From IMG/VR virus record IMGVR_UViG_3300045988_032692: DNA of 39,245 nt. One strand, 5' to 3'. Below are positions 32,230 through 38,002 of the stretch, piece after piece (the first letter of the stretch is position 1; the number at the start of each line of letters is the position of its first letter). The notes beneath the pieces are model-generated. The model ran no database searches and was not told where the DNA came from. It saw nothing but the letters and a program-made list of their open reading frames with translations. This stretch comes from a virus. The position numbers and the translations under genes were made by a program.

Positions 32230-32538
32230 TCAAGTTCCTTTCCTGTAAATCAATTTTGTTTCATCCCAATCGGGATACTTGCTTTTTAGATAATGCTCTA
32301 TCGTGCTCTTAAACGGCCGCCGTAGGTACGACTGATCGTATAGAAAATGGCAGGTATCACACAGCGTTATGATGTTCTCGGCGATTCCAAGCCCGCCGTG
32401 TGAGCGCGGTATGTAGTGGCACCAAGGGCTTCCCGGTCTACCGCAAACGATGCAGTAGCCGCCGTCACGCTCCATAACGGCCTCCTTTACAGAGGCGGGG
32501 ATACTAGTTGCCTTTGTCTGTTTGTGCAGCTCTCTCAC
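32230..32538 (-). CDS. HNH endonuclease
   Basis: CIVCG...CHYIPRSHGG...NIITLCDTCH. Confidence 0.8.
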   Translation of the reverse strand: MRELHKQTKATSIPASVKEAVMERDGGYCIVCGRPGSPWCHYIPRSHGGLGIAENIITLCDTCHFLYDQSYLRRPFKSTIEHYLKSKYPDWDETKLIYRKGT

Positions 32539-33067
32539 CCCATTCCAGATTCATCCGCGCCAGCTCGTCCGGCGTCAGCGTTTCAATGCCCAAGTCCTTC
32601 GCATCCTCGACGGCCCGGTCGATGATCCGTCCCATCTGCTTTGCGTTGTAGCGGGACGAACCGTAATAGGCGCGGATCACCAAGTTGTCTCCGTCCTGCT
32701 GGTAATCCACTTCCTCAGTCGGCCAGCCTGTCCCGAGCATTGACCATGCCGTCCGGAATGTCGCGGCCTCGTCGCGGGAGAGATGGAAGTCCTTGAACAC
32801 GCCGGCCTCCTTGATGTACTCGACGTAGAGGTCTTCCTTCGTGCGTCCGAGCTTTCCCGCGATCTGGTCGCAGAGCTGCCAGAAATAGTTGTTGGAATCC
32901 AAGCTTCGCTTCTTCCGGAACTCCTTGATCTCTGCGACATACTTCTTGCCCGGAATCATGTGTTCCAAAAACATCTGCGCTTTATGCGGCACGTCAGCTT
33001 TGATCCGCAGCCACGTCCCGGCAGCGTCCATCGTCCAGTCCGCCGCGGAAAACGTCAGTTCCGTCAT
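32504..33067 (-). CDS. ninB: NinB/Orf-family recombination mediator
   Basis: KKRSLDSNNYFWQLCDQIA and the C-terminal ARMNLEWGERAA parallel lambda Orf (RNRSLDQNRKLW...LALEWKARWGDRAA, from memory). ATGA-coupled. Confidence 0.65.
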   Translation of the reverse strand: MTELTFSAADWTMDAAGTWLRIKADVPHKAQMFLEHMIPGKKYVAEIKEFRKKRSLDSNNYFWQLCDQIAGKLGRTKEDLYVEYIKEAGVFKDFHLSRDEAATFRTAWSMLGTGWPTEEVDYQQDGDNLVIRAYYGSSRYNAKQMGRIIDRAVEDAKDLGIETLTPDELARMNLEWGERAAQTDKGN

Positions 33068-33759
33068 GCCTGTACCGCCTTCATGTAGCAGTCCCAGCAC
33101 ATACACTGCCGCATCTTCTTTGTGGTCTGCTCCGCAATCGCTCTGGCGGAGTAGTTCTTCCCGTCAAAGGAGACCGGCACAACATCGTTTCCGCAGACAG
33201 AGCATTTGAAGGGTTTCGCCGTCTGCTTCGGCTCCTGCGGAGCTGCGCCGTGTCCGAAGGTGTAGACCGGCTTGCCCTTGAGCGCCAGCGTCAAGGTCTT
33301 GATCCGCTCGGCGTCGTCATAGCTGATCTCCGTCACGTCGAACTGGTCGTAGCACTGCCAGCGACCGGTTTTGTCGTTCTTCTTCAGCCGTTCGCATTTC
33401 GCAGCGTCGATCCAGATAAACGGCGCGGAATAAAGCTCCCGGCCAATGCCGTGCTTGAATCCAGCGCGCTTGAACGCATCCGACGCGCGGCCCTTCTCGG
33501 CCTCCGTGTTGCTCTCCGTCCCAGCGTCCCATTTCCAGATCAGCTTTCCGTTGCCGACGTAGTCAATGCCGATCCCGCCGTACAGAACGCCATCCACCAG
33601 CTTAAAGTCGTTCTCCCAGTTCTGCGCGCCGACCGTCTCATCCAGAATGTCAGCGTCCGTCCGGGCGGTTTTATAAAGCAGGATGGACGCGCCTTTCTCA
33701 TTGCACTGGGCAACGCGGCACTCGATCTCATCCGGCCTCAGTGTCCGAAACTGTTTCAT
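33064..33759 (-). CDS. Rad52/Sak-family single-strand annealing protein with C-terminal zinc ribbon
   Basis: GRASDAFKRAGFKHGIGRELY signature. CSVCG...CWDC at the C-terminus. Confidence 0.8.
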   Translation of the reverse strand: MKQFRTLRPDEIECRVAQCNEKGASILLYKTARTDADILDETVGAQNWENDFKLVDGVLYGGIGIDYVGNGKLIWKWDAGTESNTEAEKGRASDAFKRAGFKHGIGRELYSAPFIWIDAAKCERLKKNDKTGRWQCYDQFDVTEISYDDAERIKTLTLALKGKPVYTFGHGAAPQEPKQTAKPFKCSVCGNDVVPVSFDGKNYSARAIAEQTTKKMRQCMCWDCYMKAVQA

Positions 33760-34289
33760 TCAAATCCTCCAATTCGTGAATTTCTCTTGTTGTTGTTCTG
33801 AACTGCCATATCAACGAATCGGCAGTTGCTCGGCTCATAATTTCCGTTTACGTCGATTCTGTCTATCGTGCATTTGCCGCGTTTGACATTCGGATCATAT
33901 CCATGTGAATATGCCCATCGCATAAAATTGTCGTATTCCAGCCATTCATCGCAGACGGTTATGCCTCTTCCTCCGTAATACTTGTAGGATTTGGACGACG
34001 GAAGCAAGCACCGCTGCTTCATCGCCCTCCAAACAGGATATAACCTGTTAACCGACCGTTTTCCTTTGTGACCATGCGTCCGCATCGCATCACTCGCGCG
34101 GGAAATTTGGAGACATCCACACGACTGCGTATGACCATTCCGTAGATTGCTGACAGAAACAAATGTTGTGTTACCACAGTCGCATTTGCACTTCCATATC
34201 GCTCTACTGCCCAACCGATGGTCGATTTCGACAGCCACAAGGCAGCCAAACCGTTGACCAGCTAGGTCAATGTACTGTCCCTTACGCAT
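33756..34289 (-). CDS. Phage protein with Cys-cluster N-domain and YGGRGI...DRID domain (homing-endonuclease-like/DNA-binding)
   Basis: GQRFGCLVAV...WKCKCDCG...SCGC, then YYGGRGITVCDEW...TIDRIDVNGNYEPSNCRF. A recurrent phage family of unclear function. Confidence 0.55.
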   Translation of the reverse strand: MRKGQYIDLAGQRFGCLVAVEIDHRLGSRAIWKCKCDCGNTTFVSVSNLRNGHTQSCGCLQISRASDAMRTHGHKGKRSVNRLYPVWRAMKQRCLLPSSKSYKYYGGRGITVCDEWLEYDNFMRWAYSHGYDPNVKRGKCTIDRIDVNGNYEPSNCRFVDMAVQNNNKRNSRIGGFE

Positions 34290-34530
34290 TTTCAACCGCC
34301 TTTCTCGATAGTTCCTTTTCATCTGCCCAATCCGAATAATCGTCAACAGGAATAAGTGGGCAGATATGTCCATGCGTCCGCGTATCGCTTAAATACTCAC
34401 CGGTCAAGCGACACTGTTTTCTCTGATATACTTCCATGCACGGACACGCCTCACAGCGAATTGAGCCGTCCCAAAACGCGATTTTGGCAATCGCAAGCTC
34501 ATACTTTGTGCATCCGTTTACCGTCGGCAT
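34282..34530 (-). CDS. Cys-rich hypothetical protein (82 aa)
   Basis: ORF track. Confidence 0.55.
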   Translation of the reverse strand: MPTVNGCTKYELAIAKIAFWDGSIRCEACPCMEVYQRKQCRLTGEYLSDTRTHGHICPLIPVDDYSDWADEKELSRKAVENA

Positions 34531-34539
34531 AACATTACC

Positions 34540-34776
34540 TCATTCGATAACCCTTTTTTCATATCCCAACTGCTCCAAAATGTACCGCGTCCCCAGCTGC
34601 TGCACCAGCAGCGTCATTGCCGCGTTTCCCGAATCGTAATTGTCATCGCCGGGGTCGCACATCATGCCCTCGTCGCCGCAGTACACGGTGTCGCCCTTGT
34701 AGACCTCATCGCCGAAGATGTCATAGCCGACCGGGCTTTGCTGCTGCCGGTCAAACTCAAGTTCTCTCGGAAACAT
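34540..34776 (-). CDS. Acidic hypothetical protein (78 aa)
   Basis: Internal Met at 34776 chosen. Overlaps the upstream gene by 20 nt. Confidence 0.5.
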   Translation of the reverse strand: MFPRELEFDRQQQSPVGYDIFGDEVYKGDTVYCGDEGMMCDPGDDNYDSGNAAMTLLVQQLGTRYILEQLGYEKRVIE

Positions 34777-34987
34777 TGACGCCCTCCAATCTGTATTTCG
34801 CATAGTGCGTCGTCTCGCCGAACCGGTTCTTTCCGGCCACGATCTCACTCACGACCGGGATACCGCTGTTCCTCAGATCCCAGCACCGGGCCCCAAGCCG
34901 CATGATGCCGTATTCCTGCATCGCCTCCATTGGCGTGATCGAACCAAACGTCCGGAGATGCCGGAGCACCTTTTCACACTGCGTCAC
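34757..34987 (-). CDS. Winged-helix DNA-binding protein (76 aa)
   Basis: SITPMEAMQEYGIMRLGARCWDLRNSG pattern. GTG at 34987 with GGAGGGA 6 nt upstream. GTGA overlap with the upstream stop. Confidence 0.6.
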   Translation of the reverse strand: MTQCEKVLRHLRTFGSITPMEAMQEYGIMRLGARCWDLRNSGIPVVSEIVAGKNRFGETTHYAKYRLEGVNVSERT

Positions 34988-35223
34988 TTGACATCCCTCC
35001 AATTTGCCGTTAAAATATGGCCATAGACATATTTTCGATACGGAACGAAATTGTCTGTCACCCGCCGTCCATGTGTAGCGACATGGGCGGCTTTTTCTAT
35101 CTCATGCGCGGCCTTGCGGATGTTATCATCCCATTCAACGCTGAACCACCGCCGCCAATCCACGCATCTAAGCCCCAAGTGGCAAGTTTCCTTTCTCGGG
35201 CACGTTGAACACGGGTATCTCAT
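34984..35223 (-). CDS. Hypothetical Cys-containing protein (79 aa)
   Basis: ORF track. ATGA-coupled. Confidence 0.55.
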   Translation of the reverse strand: MRYPCSTCPRKETCHLGLRCVDWRRWFSVEWDDNIRKAAHEIEKAAHVATHGRRVTDNFVPYRKYVYGHILTANWRDVK

Positions 35224-35327
35224 GGGTCGTCACCGTCCCAATAGTTTCTCTGCCTCTCTGCGGCGTCCTCCAGCGCTTTCCACGCCGCCCTGAGCCGGGA
35301 GACGAGATAACAGATCCAGCCAATCAT
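35220..35327 (-). CDS. Possible 35-aa micro-ORF
   Basis: MIGWICYLVSRLRAAWKALEDAAERQRNYWDGDDP. ATGA overlaps at both ends. Confidence 0.35.
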   Translation of the reverse strand: MIGWICYLVSRLRAAWKALEDAAERQRNYWDGDDP

Positions 35328-35503
35328 GCCATCCCGTACCTCACCAGCGCGACAGACATTGTCGCCATCACAGCAGCGTCGAGGCGAAAGCCCCACACAA
35401 GCCAGTAAAAGAACGCCGCCATCATGAACACGCCTCCCAGAATCAGGGCCACGCGCTTCAACATCCGCCGCAGCGCGGCGTACCATTCTCTCTTCGAGAT
35501 CAT
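35324..35503 (-). CDS. Small membrane protein (59 aa)
   Basis: Met at 35503, ATGA-coupled. TM segment VALILGGVFMMAAFFYWLVWGF. Confidence 0.5.
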   Translation of the reverse strand: MISKREWYAALRRMLKRVALILGGVFMMAAFFYWLVWGFRLDAAVMATMSVALVRYGMA

Positions 35504-35721
35504 ATTCCTTCCTCCTTTTCCCCGAGAAACGCCAGAAACGGCTTTCTCGGTATTTTTACGCGGCTCCCGATGCAGCACACCGGGAATCCAAGTCCGGCGG
35601 GGTTCTGCCGCGCCCGAAGCCGCAGCTCGTGGGGATTACACCCCAAAAACCACGAAGCCATCTCCGGCGTAATGATCGGCGCGTCCGATTGCTTTAGTTC
35701 TTCCAGCGTCATACGTTCCAT
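35500..35721 (-). CDS. Excisionase-type (MerR-like) HTH DNA-binding protein; candidate Xis and/or Cro equivalent
   Basis: ITPEMASWFLGCNPHELRLRARQN...IGSRVKIPRKPFLAFL fits the excisionase-family HTH. Second gene of the early leftward operon. Confidence 0.65.
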   Translation of the reverse strand: MERMTLEELKQSDAPIITPEMASWFLGCNPHELRLRARQNPAGLGFPVCCIGSRVKIPRKPFLAFLGEKEEGI

Positions 35722-35723
35722 GA

Positions 35724-35864
35724 TTATTCCTCCTTCTTCGGCTGCGCTTCTTTTACAAGAAGCATCCCGTATGCAATGTCGCTCAATCTCTGAATCTGCT
35801 CGGCGTCGAGCTTGTCAACGTCAACGCCGACGTTTTTTAGAGCCTGCTTGGATTCCTCGGGCAT
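35724..35864 (-). CDS. First early ORF (46 aa, acidic/helical, no obvious HTH)
   Basis: Hand-translated MPEESKQALKNVGVDVDKLDAEQIQRLSDIAYGMLLVKEAQPKKEE. RBS GAGGTG 6 nt upstream. Below the track threshold. Confidence 0.5.
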   Translation of the reverse strand: MPEESKQALKNVGVDVDKLDAEQIQRLSDIAYGMLLVKEAQPKKEE

Positions 35865-35906
35865 TTGATTCACCTCGCTTCCATACGACATTTTTATGTC
35901 GCTTGA

Positions 35907-35994
35907 TGTATTGTGACTACATTATAGACCCTTATTTTTGTTTTGTCAATACATTTTTGCGCTTTTGAATAAATATTTTTGTATTGACAATACA
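35907..35994. promoter_or_regulatory. Three related operator sites of the genetic switch
   Basis: Perfect 7-1-7 palindrome TGTATTGACAATACA (35980..35994). Variants TGTTTTGTCAATACA (35939..35953) and TGTATTGTGACTACA (35907..35921). Each overlaps a -35 or -10 element. Confidence 0.6.
35921..35949 (-). promoter_or_regulatory. Early lytic (leftward) sigma-A-type promoter
   Basis: The minus strand reads TTGACA (35949..35944), a 17-nt spacer, then TATAAT (35926..35921). Confidence 0.7.
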
Positions 35995-36011
35995 TTTATA
36001 TTGTGTATAAT
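35984..36011 (+). promoter_or_regulatory. Repressor (rightward) promoter
   Basis: TTGACA (35984..35989), 16-nt spacer, TATAAT (36006..36011). RBS AGGAGGTG before the ATG at 36032. Confidence 0.7.
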
Positions 36012-36031
36012 AGTTTTAGGAGGTGTCCTAA

Positions 36032-36403
36032 ATGACCATCAATGAACGCATAAAAGCCATCCGAAAAAAAAACGGATTATCTCAGACTGATTTTGCAGAA
36101 CGGCTTGGAACAACGCGGGGTGTAATCACGAACCTTGAAGGTGCAAAAACAGAACCGAATGAGCCATTTTTACGGCTTATTTGCAAAGAGTTTAATGTCA
36201 ACGAAACATGGCTTCGCACCGGAGAGGGTGAAATGATGAAGGAGTTGACGCAAAATCAGGAAATCGCAGAGTTCCTCGGGAAAGTTATGAACGACCCGGA
36301 TGACGCAGCAAGGAAACGTTTTATATCAATCGTTAGCCAGCTCGGCGTTAAAGAATGGGAGATACTTGCCGAAATCGCCGAAAAATGGGCACAGGGGAAA
36401 TGA
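36032..36403 (+). CDS. cI-like XRE-family repressor without a peptidase S24 domain (123 aa)
   Basis: N-terminal HTH RIKAIRKKNGLSQTDFAERLGTTRGVITNLEGAKTEP. Helical C-terminus. Divergent from the early operon. Confidence 0.85.
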   Translation: MTINERIKAIRKKNGLSQTDFAERLGTTRGVITNLEGAKTEPNEPFLRLICKEFNVNETWLRTGEGEMMKELTQNQEIAEFLGKVMNDPDDAARKRFISIVSQLGVKEWEILAEIAEKWAQGK

Positions 36404-36414
36404 CCCCTGTGCCC
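36387..36414. terminator. Bidirectional terminator overlapping the repressor stop codon
   Basis: Perfect 11-bp stem GGGCACAGGGG / CCCCTGTGCCC. Loop AAATGA contains the TGA stop. A-run upstream and TTT downstream. Confidence 0.75.
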
Positions 36415-36428
36415 ATTTGCTATGTATG

Positions 36429-36539
36429 CTATTTGTTGACCATCGTTTTCAAAAACCGCCAGAGGAGGTCAAGCTCCTCATCCGTTGCGCGCTGCATCAG
36501 CCGCGCGATCTCCTGTTCCAGCCATGCTCTATCATTCAT
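36429..36539 (-). CDS. 36-aa helical micro-ORF convergent with the repressor gene
   Basis: Hand-translated MNDRAWLEQEIARLMQRATDEELDLLWRFLKTMVNK. RBS AAGGAGCAAAGGA. Has its own consensus promoter. Confidence 0.5.
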   Translation of the reverse strand: MNDRAWLEQEIARLMQRATDEELDLLWRFLKTMVNK

Positions 36540-36592
36540 TCCTTTGCTCCTTCTTCCTTCGTATCGGCTGATTCGTATGAGGCAATACCAGA

Positions 36593-36621
36593 ATTATAAA
36601 ACATTCGTTCTATAATTTCAA
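36593..36621 (-). promoter_or_regulatory. Near-consensus promoter for the 36-aa ORF
   Basis: The minus strand reads TTGAAA (36621..36616), a 17-nt spacer, then TATAAT (36598..36593). Confidence 0.65.
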
Positions 36622-36673
36622 GATGTATTTGTACTCTAAAATATTTGGAAGTATATTATTGTACTCTTCGCAG

Positions 36674-36702
36674 TTGCATTTTCTCGGAATTTGTTATATA
36701 TT
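36674..36702 (+). promoter_or_regulatory. Promoter for the zinc-ribbon membrane protein gene
   Basis: TTGCAT (36674..36679), 17-nt spacer, TATATT (36697..36702). Upstream direct repeat TTGTACTCT at 36629..36637 and 36659..36667. Confidence 0.6.
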
Positions 36703-36735
36703 GGACATACAGACATTATTTTAGGAGGGAACAAA

Positions 36736-37209
36736 ATGATTTGTCCTCAATGCGGCAGCGAAAATGTAACAATCACCATGCACCAGATCGGCAGTGAAAC
36801 AGAAAAGTATGGTGTCGGATTTGACGGGCACATGAACAACCTCGCGCGTGGGATCGTCGCGGTCTGCACACTTGGCCTGTCGAACCTGTTCTGGCGCAAG
36901 CGTACCGGCAGCGAGCGGGCGGTCACGCGCACAAAGAAAATCTGCCTTTGCCAAAACTGCGGCCATTCGTGGGAAATCCGGGAGAAAAGTGAAAGCACTC
37001 TCAGTGCGGAAGAAAAGCACAAAATCATCCGTAACGGTGTGATCTCGCTTGCTTTACTTATTGTCATTGCCGGTGTCGTTGTGCAATGGATCGTCGGTGC
37101 GACAAACCTTCGGATTCTCTATGTCGCTTATATTGCTGCTGTTGCCGCAGGCGCCATTCGCGTTTATCGCGCAATCTGTGCACTCAAAAATGATGGTTCA
37201 GGAGAATAG
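36736..37209 (+). CDS. Zinc-ribbon protein with C-terminal double TM anchor (157 aa); candidate superinfection-exclusion/abortive-infection factor
   Basis: CPQCG...CQNCG ribbon split by a hydrophobic insert. C-terminal TMs ISLALLIVIAGVVVQWIV and ILYVAYIAAVAAGAI. RBS AGGAGGG. Own promoter. Confidence 0.75.
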   Translation: MICPQCGSENVTITMHQIGSETEKYGVGFDGHMNNLARGIVAVCTLGLSNLFWRKRTGSERAVTRTKKICLCQNCGHSWEIREKSESTLSAEEKHKIIRNGVISLALLIVIAGVVVQWIVGATNLRILYVAYIAAVAAGAIRVYRAICALKNDGSGE

Positions 37210-37271
37210 ACTGTGCAGAAACAGTCGAATCATTTTGATTGCACTTTTGTCGAAAGGCTGTCATACTGAAA

Positions 37272-37445
37272 TCAGCTAAACATCGTCCGTTCTTTGTGGC
37301 CATCTCCGGTTTCAGAGAGGCAGCTAAACCAGAGTTTTCCTCCCTTTATGTATTCAAGGGAAAATGCCTCCACATTCCGAAACTGGCCGCCATCAACGAC
37401 GATGTTTACTTTTCCTTCCTCAAACCTGATATTGATGCTCTGCAT
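37272..37445 (-). CDS. 57-aa beta-rich ORF, divergent from the membrane-anchored HTH gene
   Basis: Last 57 codons of track ORF 37272..37664. Met at 37445 preceded by AAAGGAGGA. MQSINIRFEEGKVNIVVDGGQFRNVEAFSLEYIKGGKLWF... Confidence 0.55.
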   Translation of the reverse strand: MQSINIRFEEGKVNIVVDGGQFRNVEAFSLEYIKGGKLWFSCLSETGDGHKERTMFS

Positions 37446-37603
37446 GGGGAATCCTCCTTTGTGATTCGGCGTTTGCCGTGATTCGACCGTACCACCACAC
37501 AACGAGAAATACAACCTAAATATCTGCAAGCTGCGAAATCCGACAAATATCTCTGCAAACTTTTGAGAAAACGAATGAAAATGATTGAAAGAGAAGTGTA
37601 AGA

Positions 37604-38002
37604 ATGGATTTTGAGAAGCTAATTGACAGATGTATGCGCACGATTGATGACAGAAATCTAACAAATCGAGATGTTGCGCGGCTTGCAGATATTTCCGAAG
37701 CTACCGTGTCGAGGGTGCTGGCGACCAGAGGGAGAAATGCGTCAATGTCAACGATCATCGCCATTTGTGACGGATTGGGGATTGAGGAGGAAACCATCCA
37801 GTACGACATTTCACCAAATGATGTGACGTCGCTGGAACACGTTTACTTGGAACGCATCGCGGATTTGAAAATTGCAATCGAACAGAAAGATCGGTGGATA
37901 CGGCGGGTGTTCATAATCTGTCTGTCGCTGATTGTATTCATTGTCATCGTACTGGCCGTTGATTTGCTTATCCCGACGGTCGGATGGTTTCGGGGGTGGT
38001 AG
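37604..38002 (+). CDS. Membrane-anchored XRE-type HTH protein (132 aa)
   Basis: HTH LTNRDVARLADISEATVSRVL, coiled linker, C-terminal TM VFIICLSLIVFIVIVLAVDLLI. Upstream direct repeats AAATATCT(CT)GCAA at 37518..37529 and 37545..37558. Confidence 0.75.
   Translation: MDFEKLIDRCMRTIDDRNLTNRDVARLADISEATVSRVLATRGRNASMSTIIAICDGLGIEEETIQYDISPNDVTSLEHVYLERIADLKIAIEQKDRWIRRVFIICLSLIVFIVIVLAVDLLIPTVGWFRGW

Noticed and set aside
35220-35578. The 88-aa (35220..35486) and 84-aa (35324..35578) overlapping track ORFs, taken as full-length genes.
   Set aside because: They overlap each other in different frames. Only the segments starting at the ATGA-coupled internal Mets (35327 and 35503) give a non-overlapping, coupled gene chain.
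37272-37664. The full 130-aa minus-strand ORF, and the 97-aa ORF 37516..37809.
   Set aside because: The upstream parts run through the divergent promoter region and antisense into the HTH gene, with low-complexity composition. Only the last 57 codons follow a strong RBS (AAAGGAGGA).
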